A stretch of 64,000 nt of DNA from Nymphaea colorata (lineage: Eukaryota): positions 31,806,001-31,870,000 of the forward strand of contig NC_045138.2 of NCBI RefSeq assembly GCF_008831285.2, written 5' to 3'. The position numbers and the translations under genes are program-made. Shown one piece after another: positions 37,301 through 52,300 of the stretch; the first letter of the stretch is position 1; each line of letters begins with the position of its first letter. The notes below the pieces were generated by a model. That model searched no databases. It was not told where the DNA came from and saw nothing but the letters and a program-made list of their open reading frames with translations.

Positions 37301-40300
37301 GAATCATCCAAGATTGTGGGTGCACTTCTAGCCAAATGTTCATACCTAAAACATTAGTGTCAACAATTAAATTTCCAGTCAAACAATAGCTTTATCCATG
37401 AAACATTACACAGTTACGTCCACCTAGTTTCTTAGCTGAAGAGAGGAAAAGTATGGGTCTGATTTCTAAAGTGTACACACCAAATCCACAAACCTGGCCA
37501 TGTTTTGGTAAATGACCAGTTTCAGATATATGTAAGTCCAAATATACATGTGCATTTATGCAAGCACTTGAATGTTGTATAACAGCCTCATCAACATGAG
37601 AACAGATACCCTCAATCAGTAACTGGTTCTGAAGGTACTGAAAACTCGATTACACATATGGAAAGGCCACAAAGTGGCTGCAGGAACAGTCATGTTCAGA
37701 AACATTATAGAAGGCAAAAAAAAACATGTAAGATAGAAGAAGAGGAACCAGGTTCATTCATAAATAGGAACCAGGTTCATTCATAAATGAATACAGGTGC
37801 TGCCTAGACCATAATGAAGTTATGAAAAGGAACAAAATATTACAGAAACTAACATTTAGTCAAATAACACAAGACCAAAAGTTTCAGTTAACCCTAACAT
37901 ATATGCTTTAAGCAGAGTAGATAAATGTGAAATATTCAAACGTGAGTGAGCTCTTTCTATTCCTTCAAAAGTTAAATATGGTTTTCTGGAATATTCAAAC
38001 AGAGTAAATACAAAATAATTAAATTTAAACAGGCATACAGATCAAGGTATGTCTTGCAACTCAAAGAAAGCCATCAATTTTTATCAAAGTTGATATTCGC
38101 TTTACTGAATCTAGCGAGCATTATCTAAAGACCATATTGACTCCTTCAGAAAAACCAGCTGCACGGTCTACCTATTTCTCTAATTTAAAAGGCATTTTAT
38201 TTACAGAATGCATGTAGACATCTTATATTTTCTGGTCTATTACTTTGCCATATTTGAATCGAAAAAATGTGCAGATATTCTGTTATTTAATATTGCAACT
38301 TTTTGAGCATGACCATTCTCATGGACATAACAAGGAGACTCATTTTTCGATGCTGTCTTGACATAGTCAACTCTAAATTGCAGGTTTTCTAAGAAAAGAA
38401 AAAAAAAAATCCACAGGCTGAATGAGGAAAATCCCCTCCCCACTGCCCAAGAAATTTTCAATTTGGCATTACAGAAAAAAAAAAGGAATCCTCCGTCCCT
38501 ACCTAAAATTTTGGAAAAGTAATGACGGCTCCCTTCCAAAGTAAAGTTTCAGATGTTCTGTCCTTGAATAGTCAATTTATGAGATATATTAAGAGATATA
38601 AAATTTGCAGCTAATTAGTAAAAAGAATTGAATTCATCCGCTCATAATTTCGCTTCTACAAATGTTTGTGCAGAAGAAAGCAGCATCAACGGACTTCTGA
38701 CAATAGAAAGCCTGGATTTTTGTATGGATTAACCCAGCTTCCAAAGTCTTCACTGTGAAGGTTATTGTTATTTAGAACAGAACCAAAGCAGGAAACTAAG
38801 TCAGCAAAGCATATTGAACTTCAAGAATTGTATGCAATTTGAGACAGAGACAGATATCATGCTACCTGAATCCTCTCAATTACAAGGAGCAAACAAAGGC
38901 ATCAAAAGGTTTGCATGCCTTTAGAACAAAATAATTTGTAAAAATTTCCTGTTCGCCTTTCTAGTCAGGCAACTTACAGTAAAACATACACAAGAGATCA
39001 TGAAAGTAGGCCTTACATTGAGCGGGCAGCAGATACGTCAACTGGGGGTCCAGATTCTATTGTATTAATGATATCAAGAACAACTGCTGCTGGATCTCCC
39101 TTATGCAATTGCAGAGCTTGTCTAAAATAAATAAATAATGCAAGTTATTTCCATATACACTGTAAAAAAGAGTACAACCTAAGTGTGGAGTCCTGCAAAA
39201 CCTCCTTTCCAGTTATGAAAGTTTAACCTACTTGAATTTCACACGGGCCTGAGCATAGCGCTCCATCCGAATTAAAGCATGACCCCATGCATTCCATACG
39301 AGAAAAGCATCAATCTGGATCACAGAATTGATTACAAAACAAGTTCCGACCACAAAAAACACACAAAAGAACAGCAGCAGTTCTAGCATAGTGTGTAACC
39401 TCTTTAGTACCTTGCATTTCTTACAGGTATAGACAGCCATGCTGTATCGTTCATCTTTAATCAGTCTATCCCGGAGGCGAGATGATGATTCCTGGTCTGC
39501 AATATCATCAAGAGAAGCAACAATTCCTGACCCAAGAAGACTCTGAAGTAGTTCAGCACGCCCTAGCCAGATGTCAGCCTGTGCCACAAGCTCAGGCAGC
39601 TCATCAGCACACTGACTACTGACACTAGAACTGCCAGCATCAGAAGACACTTCATCAGCTTCCTTGCTCTTGTCTGAAGTGCTAGAAGCCTCACTGCTTC
39701 CCACAACTTTCTTCAGCTGTGCTTTAGAATGAATCAGAGCCTGTACATTATTAAAGAAACATGACTTATTCAGTTATTCTAAAATTCAAACTTAGTGCAG
39801 TAATCAAGCATATCCACTTTAAAGTCAGGAACCTGCACAAAAGTCTCTGTTGCACGGTATGCACGACCTACAGTTTCCATAGAAGCATTTAAAGGCAACT
39901 GTTGAGAGCTTAAAACATTTTTCATCTCTGCAATAGATAACTCTAGAGCACCTTTAGCCGTTACTGTCTCATCAGTGCACAATGACAGCAGTGCCTGCAT
40001 TTAGAAGTCACTAACCTAAGAATCATCATAAAAAAGAAATGCAATATTATTCAATAAACATGATGCTGATAATGTAGATTATGTGGCTTAACTAAGAAGG
40101 GGCCCCACATCAAGTACCTTAAAAAGAGTAATATCAGGAGCACTTTCATATCTGTGGGAAACACGTACTGCATCGTCCTTATTTTTATCACCTGTGAGTA
40201 CCCATCTTTCAGAAGTAGCAATAGAGGGAAACCTTTCTTGTCCATCAAGTGCATTAACTGAACTGCGATCCTCTTGAATACTGGCCATTGCTTCCCAAGA

Positions 40301-43300
40301 AGTATTTTCAGATGGAGACAATCCTGAGCTTTTCCGCTTACGATATGGTTCCTTCGAATTAGTCTTAGTACCACTATCACGAGGTGTCCATGAAAATGCA
40401 CGGCGAGCTTCTTTCTGCAAGTTGCTGAGGCTGTGACTAAAATTTGATTTTGCAGGCACGCCCGTTTGTGTTTTCTGCTTTGTTCTGGGAACCATCACAG
40501 GGGCACGTTGTTCGCTAACAGGAGGACTCATGTTAACTGCAATGGCTTTAGCCGCATATGCAAGAATCAGATTGTTGTCCCTAAGTGAAGGAAACTCTTT
40601 CATGATCTGCAGATGAAAAAAAAGTCACAGACAGCATAGCTTGTTAGAAGAAAAGATAGTCAATCATGGTACTATATTGTGAAATACCACATTACCTGAG
40701 AAGCAGAATCTAACTGTTTACACATAAATAGGACTTCTAAGATCAACAGAGGCTGCTCATGTAACGCAGAACAACGTTGCTGCCAAGGCAAAGGCAAAGC
40801 AGCAAGAACACGTAGACCCAGGGCCCAAGCATTAAGCTGGGAGATTTCAGCGTCTGACATATTTCCATCACGCCTCTTCAAGAAAAAGTGCACCTTTAAA
40901 AATGGACAACAGTGGGCTTAGACAGTGAGAAAATATCAAGAAACAGCCAAATAAGTTCTTTCAGCTCCCACATCTGTCAATGGAAGAAATTAGAGAAAAA
41001 GACATGGAGATATACAAGAAGCTGCTTTGACCGCAAGTTAGGAAGCTGTTGCATGGCACCCATAGCAACTGGCAGAGCATCATTCGCTTCATGGAATGAC
41101 GAAAGAAATCTTGAAGCCTCTGCTGGACCGCCACCACTGACAGGATCAGCAGTAAGCAGCTTAACAAGTTGCCTGCCCTGCAACTCTCTCCGCAGATCTA
41201 CAGATAAATTGGCACTTTCAGCTACTTCTAAGGCTGCAGAAACAGCACCCTTGCCAGCCAATCTCAAAGCAAGACCTTCAGGATCTTCCTTGCAATCAGC
41301 TTCAACCTGAATGAACCTCATTCAGACAGGAGATCAAGGGAAAAACATCATTAGTCAAAATCCTTTAAACATTTATTTCTGTCATAGATATCAGAGTCTT
41401 TCAGGAGTCACCATACACAAACATAAAATACAATGAGCGACTCACCTCCTGCCAGCTGTTATATCTGTCATCTGCACACAGTATGTGACCATATCTCTGC
41501 AAAGCTTGTCGTGCTAGGATCGCCTGATGATACACAAATAGCTATCACTATCTCAATGCACACTTACAGCTTTCACAAGTACGAAAAAATTGGCATAAAA
41601 AGGCTATGATAACTAAAAGCTTCATCATATTTTGACAACATTGCTCAAAGGTCCTAATTTCTTCAGGAAATTCTAGTATGGAAATTGATCATGGCCGCAT
41701 TAGTTTCAATCTTAACACAAATCCCAGAATATCCATGATGTTCTTTACATAATTGTAGATTGTTCAAATTCCCTTTTTAATACATGAAGACAATGATTGA
41801 TGTGTATGTGCAGTTCCAGTTCACATTCAAAGCTGTAAAAAAGTCACAAACTACATGCTTGCATGCTAGAATCAGGCATTGGGAATCAGATATAGAATAG
41901 AACCACCTAAAAGGTTCAACTACCAAGCCAGGAGCTCAATCACCAACTCATTGAATCGAGACATAAATGCTGCTTGAATCCTGTAGGAATGAAGTCGATT
42001 ATGGTAATTCTCGTTTTTCATTAAAATGTTATGTAAGATAATAAGCCAGAAGTACTCCAGTCATTTTCACGGATCTAATTGAAAATAAAAGGATCCAGCA
42101 GATAGAAATTGACAAACCAATTTCAGAAGGAACTTTTAACAGGAAGAGGTTTTATCCTTGTTCTTCATTAGTATAAGCAAATAAATTAGTAATAGACCTT
42201 CTGAATAAGCTTATTAGTCGGTGCTAACTCTGCAAGGCCCGATTTTGGTAAATGTCGGAAAAAGTCCTTATAGGCACTTAAGATACACTGAATATTTATG
42301 GATCCAGTGTTATCAATGTTCCTCTATTTAAGGGAATCTCTTAAATCATCTTATAACCTACTGACACAAAAGGGATATTCAGCCTCATGAGGATAACCTG
42401 GATGACCTCTTGAGCAACCTCATTGTGTTGTTCCCCTTCCTCTTGATGAGAGTAGACACACATGCGCACACACGCACATGCACATCATGGATTTTGATCT
42501 TACTACCACACTGGCAGAGTCATTTTCAGAAAAGCTGAAGAAATCAGTTTTTGAAAGATCTGCAGTATTACAAGAGAAGAAAATGAAGAAAAAAATGAAG
42601 CTTGAAAAAACAAATCTTTGTTTTGGAATTATCATAACTTTTACATAATACACAAAGGAAGTGAATGCTTGGAGAATCAATAGTTTTCTAAAAGGAAAAA
42701 AAGGCAATCAGAAACCCGTGAGAATACGGTGGCTTCTCAATCTTCTAGCTTCTCACAGAGAGAGACAGAGACAGAAAGAACAAAGAAATGACAGAATTTA
42801 GGGATATGTATTATGTACAACAGGTCTTCTCCTAGGGAAAGAAGCATCCAACCTATGAAATGAATGAAAAAATTTAAAGTGTCAATGCCCTAACTTGATG
42901 GCCTGACCGGCCTCATATAGGTGGATGGACAAATCAGGCAGCCGTTTCTTTGTGGCCTAGACATAATCAAGATACTCACACAGACCCGTACTTTTTGGAA
43001 AAAAGAAAATACAATGTGTACCGTGCCATTTTTCTATTTTTCTTTTATTTATAGTATCAACCATACCATCATAGGACATGGTGACCATGACACAAACACA
43101 TTCAAACTGCAGCACAGAATCTTATTTTAGGTGGCAACATATTGAAAGTACAAATGAAATATAAATATCTATAGCACTAACATTTTTCATGGAACAAAGA
43201 GACTCAAAAAGGTTTTCCCACACAAATAACTCGAAAGATGAAAGACAAGATAAACAATCAATGATTTTGTACCTCACTCCTAAGAGGATCACCCTGCGGC

Positions 43301-46300
43301 AGATGGCAAATGCACATGGTGAGAACATCCATCGCAGCATTAAGCTCCCATCTATGAAGATATCTGCAATTGATATTTCAGAAATCAAGAGAAGTCCATT
43401 ATGAAGAACTAATGATCCAGAAGGCCGAAACATTTATTCTCATGCATGCAAACGTTAATGCAAGATACCAAAAATGAGAATAGAGATGTCCCATTTATGT
43501 TACTTCTTTATGAAGGTTATACATGGAACATGACTTGGAACTGAATTTAAGTATCTTATGTCACAATTACATAATTAGACATGATTACTGAAACTTATTT
43601 GTTCCATCATTGGTTATAGTCCTCAGCAAGTTAATCAAGGCTTTGAGGATGAAAAGCTACAAGATTTTAGTTATGTGTGATAATTTCAAATAACAAAAAG
43701 CTTCTAATTTTTTTAATGTCAAATAAACCATATGAAATAAAAAGTAAAAGAATTGGGCATACCATTAACGGAAGAGACAGTGCTTAAAGCTTTGCTAAAT
43801 GCTTACATGGACCTTCCTGATGGCACCTGAAGGGCCATTGAAATTTATAATTAAATTATCAATAGTTTTCCTATTTAAGTAGTCAAAGAGTTCTCAACAT
43901 GGCCTTGTCCTATGTCCTTCCCAAGCCACTGGAAATGAATCCTCCGTCTCTACAAAACAACATGCTTCGCAATCTTCAAGTACCCCTAAGGACTGTCCAC
44001 TAGTCCTGCCTGAATGTGGCTAATAGCCTAATACATCTCACATGTAAACCAATATTTCAAGCCATTATCACAAATATCACTTTCGGATATTAAAATGCAA
44101 GAGAGTAGAGTTGGTTTTTCTTGGGAAAATATAAGGAAATCTCAGCAAGTTTTAAAAAGTTAAAAAAGGAAAACTCTTAAAAATAGCATGTAAAAAAAAA
44201 TCTGGTAACTACAAAATGTCAAAAATGCAAAAAACGAAAAAAAAAGCAAAAAACGAAAAAAAATGCAAAGAAAACGTGAAAAATGCTTTTTTGTGTGTTT
44301 TTCATTTTGACACTTAAAAAAAATGTTTTTTTGCCCTTTTTCAGGCTGACATGTTTTCACCTTTTTTTTTGTATTTTTTTAATAAAACGCATTTTCTGTA
44401 ACAATGGTTCAAGAATAAAAATTGCATCTTTGGGGAATGGAGAGGATAAATTACTTGCACAATGAGGTTTATGCAGTAAAAGATACAGCAGTATCAGTTG
44501 TTTTTTTCTTTTAATGGAGCAAATTCATCAGGTACTAAAAAAATATTAAGTATTGAAGTATTGAATGCCATGAATATCAACACTTCTTCAAAGACTATAA
44601 TAGAATATCTTTCAAGTTTTAACACCTGTATCAGCATCAATCACTGCATATACACAAATAGAAACAAGTCCAAATGCTTGGATTATGGTTTAGACTTTAG
44701 AGCAAAAATTATGAGACTTGAAGCAAAGCTGGTAAAGTACAGAAGGTAAATGCATACGATTATGAGACTTTAAGTGGTACCAACAACGAAACTACAGAGC
44801 TGAGTGAATTACGGTTATGCAACTTCTAGTGATAGTGAACCAAATACTAAGTCAAGCAGAGAATCTACACGACTTAAAACTATTAGCAAATATCCATTCT
44901 TAAAAATCAGTTCACAGTCCAATGTGATCAGGTGCACCAGGACTTCATCTATCATAGAAAAAAGTGAAGCATAAAAAGTTATTCATGGAGAAGAGAATTA
45001 TAACACAGGGGTAGCTGCTGCATACTTGAGAGCAAGTCTGGCGGCCAGTTGCTTATCTTTCAATCTCAAACAATATTGCCAACTATTGCTACCATAACCA
45101 TGTGGCAAGTCAGTGGCTAAATGATTTTCTTCACCTCTTTCAATTAGCAACTGTAGCAACCGATCAGAAGCCCCACCACGTAAACAGCGATCAGATAAAG
45201 CAAGAGCATCCAAATATTTTCCTTCACCTATTAATCTGTAAACAAATATATGTGGAAAATCATTAAAATGACAGTGGATTCTGAGGCCATGTACTGAACA
45301 GTACATGATGGACACTGACACTAGAATAGTTCTTATTCAACTCATTAACAGAAAGTGCAGTTTCACCAGCATCATCTGAATAGCAGCATGTCTTAACTCT
45401 TAAGAGTTCAGACACTTCATCTCGTCCAGTATTAACTTCCATCCTCTAAAATAAACATCCTATAATTCTAATCAGACAAAGGATGACGTGGGGGAAAACT
45501 TTGGAAGCAAAAGCAAGCTTTCCCATCTAATTGAAGGAAAAACGTGAAATGATGAAGATGTCATGTTACTAACTTATTGCTAAAACTGAGGAAAAGTTTC
45601 TTTCCAAAAAGTAACAGTAACAGCATAAGACATAACATAAGCCATTTCACTAAGATACACTAACGAGAATTACTTCACATGTTAGTACATCAACATATAA
45701 ATAAATGGTAAAGAACATTGTCACCATGTAATGACCTAGTTGGTAGATCCAACCTGGCCCCTAGTAATTTTGGTTCCACCCCGAACAAGGCTAGGAACCA
45801 AGACAACCAATCAATTAACAACCCTCTTTATAAGTCTCCCAAGATTCTTAACACTTTAGAGTTGTTACAATCCCCACCCCTCCTTTTCTTGAAGCACACG
45901 TGTCTGCTTGTGTGGGACTCTAGATTCAAGTATTGAACCAGCTCTGATACTACTATAAAAAACCGGCTAGCAGTTCTCAATCCACCCCCTAACAGTTTTA
46001 GTTTCAGCCTGAATAAGGCTAGGAACCAGGGCAATCAATCACATAACAATAAGTCCCTCAAGATTCTTTACAATCTGAGATATGAGTAAACAAAAACTAA
46101 AAAAAGCAATCTCAAATTTAGAGATATGTAACAAGATCACAGCAACCTGTATTTCTTTAAACAAAAACTATACCATCAAGAATCCAGCAGTTATAAGAAT
46201 GCATTAAATGTGTTTGAAAGAGACTAGTTATGCTCGTTTTGTTTTAGGATCTATGAAGTGATCAGGTTATAACAGAGACTTTGTGACTAATTTGAATAAA

Positions 46301-49300
46301 AGAACAGTTGGGACATGAGAATGCCTGAGATTCGAAAATTGTTAATCAGAGGTATCGAGATATACCATGTATCCAAAAAGCACCAAAATGTATCTAAATA
46401 TAAAAAGAAATTTTTGGTGGCAGGGATGAAAAAAGAGATTGTTGAATTCATCTCCCGATGTTTCATGTGCCTTAAGGGGTGTGAAATTGTAACACCCAAA
46501 AATTTAATATTGTAACACCTTAGTCTCATATCCAATATTGTAAAGAATCTTTGGAGACTTATAAAGGGGGTTATTAAGTGACTTTGTCTTGATTCTACCT
46601 TTTTCGGGTTGGAACCGAAATTGTTAGAGGGCATGTTGGAATCTGCTAGCCAGGTGGTTGCAGTGGTATCAAAGTCGATTCAGCATTCGGACCTAGGGTC
46701 GCATACACACGAAGACGTGTGCCTTAAATGGGGGGGGGAGAGATTGTAACTCCCCAAAAGTTTAATTATACAGAATTGTTCGAGACCTATAAAGGGAATT
46801 GTGAAGTGATTAGTTGTCCTGGTAGCCTTTATCGGGTTTGATTGGGGGTGGGTTGGGATCCACCTGCCAGGTTGTTACAGATACAATTCTCGGGTCCCTA
46901 ACAATGAGGTTTTCTTTTAAGGTGTGCATTGGGAAGTTTGTTTTTCTTAGGAATTCAAACAATTAAAAATATCAAAAAAATAACGTATTTGAGTTTTTTT
47001 TACTAATTTTCTTACAAAAAGATTGATCAACATTCAAATAATTATTAAATATTAAATAAAAATAAAAAACACTCTTTCTAAAAAAAGGGAAAACAACAAA
47101 GAAAAAAATGATACTTCCACTTTTTTCATTTCTATTCAAATATCATACATTTTTTCCTGTTTTTCCTTTTTACCTTCTTTATGTCCTGCTTTTGCTTTTT
47201 TTTTTTTTTTTGGGTTGGGGAGGGGGGAGGGCAAAGAACCGTTGGATTTGTGACGATGGTAAAGAAAAATATCTCCATGGAGGAGCAATAAATTGAATTA
47301 GGAAACACACACAGTAATTTATTAGTCAAAGGATTGAAAAATGAATGCATAAAATGGGGGGGTTGAGACCCTTACATGCACACAGGAAGGAAGAGGTCCA
47401 GCAGTTGGGTTAGTCTTAAAGCAAGAAAACTAGCATTTGAGGCTAGACAACAGCTAGCTTCATCATTTTATAAAGGTATATGTGGGCATTCTTCTCTGCA
47501 AAATATAAGATTATTCCAAAAAAAAAATTCTCACATATGGGACATATGTCTTGTTGAGGAAGATGAACATTCATCACCTACTCCTAAGAACTAAGCTTAT
47601 AGATAACCAAACAGCATGCATAATTTTGAGCTTCTTCCTAAGACTTTTGTGTTGAATTCAATTTTATAAATAGTTTATGTGATAAATTCAGTGTCTTTTT
47701 TTTATTTGTACACATAGCACACACACAAACACATATCAAACAAGTAACCTTCATGTGGCTACTCATCTGAAAGTGTTTATGAGTTTTTCTGTCTCCATAA
47801 AAGGAAAAATTCAAAGAGAAAATGGTATAAACTTGAACGAATTTTCCCCTTTTTCTTTAAGTATATATGAGAAACCGTACCTACCAAGCATGTAGACTCT
47901 AGTTTTAGCTTACCCTCTATCATATATCAACAACAGGCAAGAGATCATAATAATTAGATTTTGAGAAACAAATAATGTCAACCACAATAATCCAGTCATA
48001 CTAGTCAGCCCAGCCTCCCAACATAAAAGATAGGAGAAAAGCAAGACAAATACTACTGCAGTGGAATAAAGTCAGTTGTTGCATAGGTCCAAAACATTAT
48101 CAAAAGATATAGACAATAACGAGAAAAACCTTTCAACGGCTTCTTCATATGGTCCTTCGTTCTCCCAATCCAATGAAAGAAAAACTGCCTTTTCCAGGTC
48201 CACATTTTCATACTTTTGTGCACTTTGTAAGGATTCTGAAGAGCCATGATTTTGTGCATCAGACTCTGAAACAGATGTAGATCCATGACTTCCAACTACA
48301 ACATGGCCTTTGTCTTCCTCTTCTGACTCAGTATCGCTGTCAGGCTCAAAAGAACGCTTAATAGCAAATCTGGACTCAGCTTTGGATTTTCCAACTTCAG
48401 CTATGCATCTTGAGGTGGCAGCAGATTCAGACACTCTATGGAGATTGGATTGCATCTGTATCCATCGATTTAAAGTTAGGAACCTGCAATAAATTGAAAA
48501 AATGTACTTAAATGACAATAGCATAGACAAGAACAAGAAAAGGTGGAAAATAATTGATGTTAAACCTAAGACCTGTGTGACTGTTCAAGAGCGAACTCAT
48601 AGAACAGTCTATCATTGTCAGCAGTCTGTATTGAATCATTGGAGGACTTTGATTCTAAAGAGAAACTGCCACTGGATAATATGCTACTTCCAAATACACA
48701 GGCCAGCACAGCCCTCACTGGAGACAATGTTGCAAGATGCTTGACTACATTGAGCTGAAGAGGATATGCTGGAGTTACAGGTGATGTGGCTGATAAACCA
48801 TGCATTGAAGCCTTGCCTTCTGCAGAAACACTGGATCTGGATTTGCAGTCAAGGCTGGCCCTCCCAGAAGATGGCATCAGGGGAATACAAGCCCAACCAT
48901 GACCAAATCTTGGAGGGTACACTGGTGGTACACATGCTGATATCACTTGGTGAACCAAATCAGCAGACATGATATCAGCCACTTTGACGGCTGCATCAGC
49001 ATTGCTTCTTTCAAATACCAAACGAGTTAAAAGCTGCAGAAACATATAAAAGATAAATTATCACGAAAACTACATAATGAAGTACAACGTTTTGGATTTC
49101 ATAGGTAACAAATAAAAGATGTGCCTCTCATTATGCAACATAATGTCCAAGTGTTTTCTCTAGATATAATTACCTTTCAAAGTTGACCGTTTTACATGGT
49201 TACTAGCACATGGATTCACTTAGCCTCATTTGGAAAAAGAAAAATCTTCATACAACATCTATCACAAGATAATCACAGTAAATCCTCCACCATAAAAGAA

Positions 49301-52300
49301 AAAAGAGAAGCTGATATGCATCATTTCAGAAATTAGTTATGGAAAAAAAACAGCATATCTGGATTACATTAACAAGGTAAAGCAAGATCTCTAGCAGAAC
49401 AAGAGAGAGAGAGAGAAAGATGTCAACAAGTCAAAGTTATAATAGATTAACAGCAAGTAAGCAGACTATTCGACGATCATCCTAAGGACAGTGAGGATAT
49501 GCTTGGGGATTCTGTAACCATCAGGTAGTTGGCTATCCAACCCACTTAGGCCTGGTCTAGGGTAAGAAATTAGGCTAGACCTGACAAGAGGCAGGTGCTG
49601 ATTATAAACATGCTGAGTTGGGTCTGTTATCAACTTTTTTCAGGTACTCAAGTTCTGCACCATACATACATATATGTGTGCAAACCACTTAAGGATGAGA
49701 ATAGGTGCAGGCATTGATGTATTTTTGTGGGCATGTGAGTGTGTGTCTATATCTTATAAACTTATGCTGCCCATTATTTGATAAATAATCAAATAACACA
49801 GACATGCTATGGTTATTTTTCTTTTCTTTTTTTCTGAAAACATATTTTTGTGTTTTATAACTTGTTCATCTTTAGATATTTTGTTAAACAAAATTAAAAC
49901 GAGAATAATATATGTTTTAGATTAGGTTTGGAACAATCAGAACATAGTAACTAACTAGGGATCAACTTTGGACCCAATAGAAATCGACCTAACCTAGCCC
50001 ATTATCATCAGTATCATGTCCAGATTGACACTTACTCCTAAGCGGCGAATTCATATGATCAACTGACATTGATATGATATTTGGATTCCTGCCTATGAAT
50101 GTCATCAAGATGCATTAATGGATACAGATGTCTCAGCTTAGTAAACATAATCAATTTTCTATTTTAAAACAAAAAATATCGACCCAAATGCCTGACAAAT
50201 TAACTGCTTAGTGCTAAGCAAAAGTACTGTTCTCCTTTGAAAATATAAAATCTAGTAGAGAGAAAGAGAGGAAGGCGATTGGATTGAGTGGCAAAATCCT
50301 GCATATAAAGACATGGTGAAACCAGAAAAAAAAAAAAAAAAAAACTCACACACAAACATGCCAGTGTAAAGCTTTTGCATACATATTTTTATATTTATGC
50401 CCTCACCACACCCATCACAACCTACTTCCATTATAGCTTTAAAAAGGTTAGGTCTGGTCTAAGCCTGTCCAGAACTGGCACTATTCTTGATCCTTAGTTA
50501 GTGAAGAATGAAGCCCTAAGGAATATCAATTCCAAGTGAAATCTTGATTATAGGCCTGTACTATGGTCTCTAACTCTCATATTTGCTTCTTAAAGGTTTT
50601 ACTCATATGCATTAACTTATTTCATCTAAAACAAGCTCACGTATCACTTCCCAAAAAAGCACCGTCCTGCTTCCCACTTTCCAAACCAGATTTTGAAGTG
50701 GCTAACACCATTTTCCTTATTGTATTCATGTTCTGAGCAAATGCACCAAACAACAAATCCCACTCTTGACAAATTCCGCAAAGTACAAATGACCATAATG
50801 TCATATCTATGGTAAATCTGATGCAGGAGCAGAGCATAAAAAACAGCTTTAGTTTCAATGTGGCTTTCATTTATTATTTTATTTTATTTGGATCTTGTTC
50901 TAGTACTTTAGGGTTTGATTGACTGTTACTTTGTTTTGATCCAGATCCAGGGGTCCATTTTAGGTTATATAAAGACGTTTAGAGCCTCATCTGTATGTAG
51001 TCTTGGAATCAATGAAACCCTAATCTTCTTTGAGTTTCCTTGTTTTGTTCTGTTTTCGCATTTCTTTTGATTTTCCTAGTAATTTAGACATTGACCGTGG
51101 CTTAGAGGAGCAGTTCTCTTTCCACTGTATCAATATCATACACTCTTTCCACTGTATCAATATCATACACAACCTAACATTAGGTAACTTTGTAGATTCT
51201 TTAAATTCATCAGTCATAGGAATACAGGATCAGAAGAATACAGGATTGATCGTTTGTTAGAACCAATTCAAACTGAGTATTTGCATATTCACTTTGGATC
51301 TACTTTCTGAAACAGAACCTTTTCTTTGTGTCCATATTTGTCCAGATTCCGTTTAGTAGAACAGGTTTAGGTCAAGACCCAAACTATCTCTAGCATGCTT
51401 GCACGATAAGTCAGGCTTGTCAGCACACAATAGACAATCTAATTTTTATTCCTTTGTTCTAGCTAGGCAGCTTTAATAAAAGTCTCTGTTAAATGTGTGA
51501 TAATATAAATTAATAATAATCGTAGATTTACAAAGAGCCAGTTTATCTATCTTGGGAATGTGTTTACATGTGAAAGCTTTTGCCTGCATGTGTGTAAGCT
51601 CCTGCAACATACTAGAGCCACTATTTAGCATGTTTTTGTTCATAATAAAGCCTTTATAATTAACAAAAGAATACAGATAGATGATAAGTTCACAGGTGCT
51701 ATGAACCATGGTCCTACGGTTTTCTTTAGAAGTAAAGAATTATCCATGGCAGCAAAACCTCAAACAGCTCATCCTTGCTTTACCATGCATTGCTTGATCA
51801 TTTTGCCTTACAACATATTCTTTTATTAAGTATTACAAACAATAGCTTATCCAGCGTCGAAACAAGGAAACACCATAAGCAGATACTATTCAAAGGGGAA
51901 AAGTCCAAACATGGCAAAGAGAACTGAAAGCATCAGAAAAGGAGCTCTAGGCCCACAGCACTAGATACTTACATCTTTAGGCCACTCATACACAAGTGAG
52001 AAAAAGTTAAAATCATGAGTTGTGTCAATCCCGTCAACTATGTCGCCTATATTTGCAACATAGATTATGAAAGCAGAAAGATAAGTGGCAGGTTTGCTGC
52101 TCAGGTGACCAAGAGACCTTTTCCCAGAATCTGTGGTATCATAAGTAGCAGCGTCTGAGTTGCGCTCGCCTGCAGTGGAACTAGCTGAAGTTGGCTTGAT
52201 AATTTTAAATCCAAGCCCAAGCACCCCATCTTTCTGCGTAGCAGATCGTGCTTTCTTGTCCATGTAAAAGGTGTCTCCTTTCACAGGATTTTCTTCTGTT

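Noticed and set aside
50890..51180. Solo LTR
   Set aside because: LTR-like composition, but no matching TSD or partner in the window.
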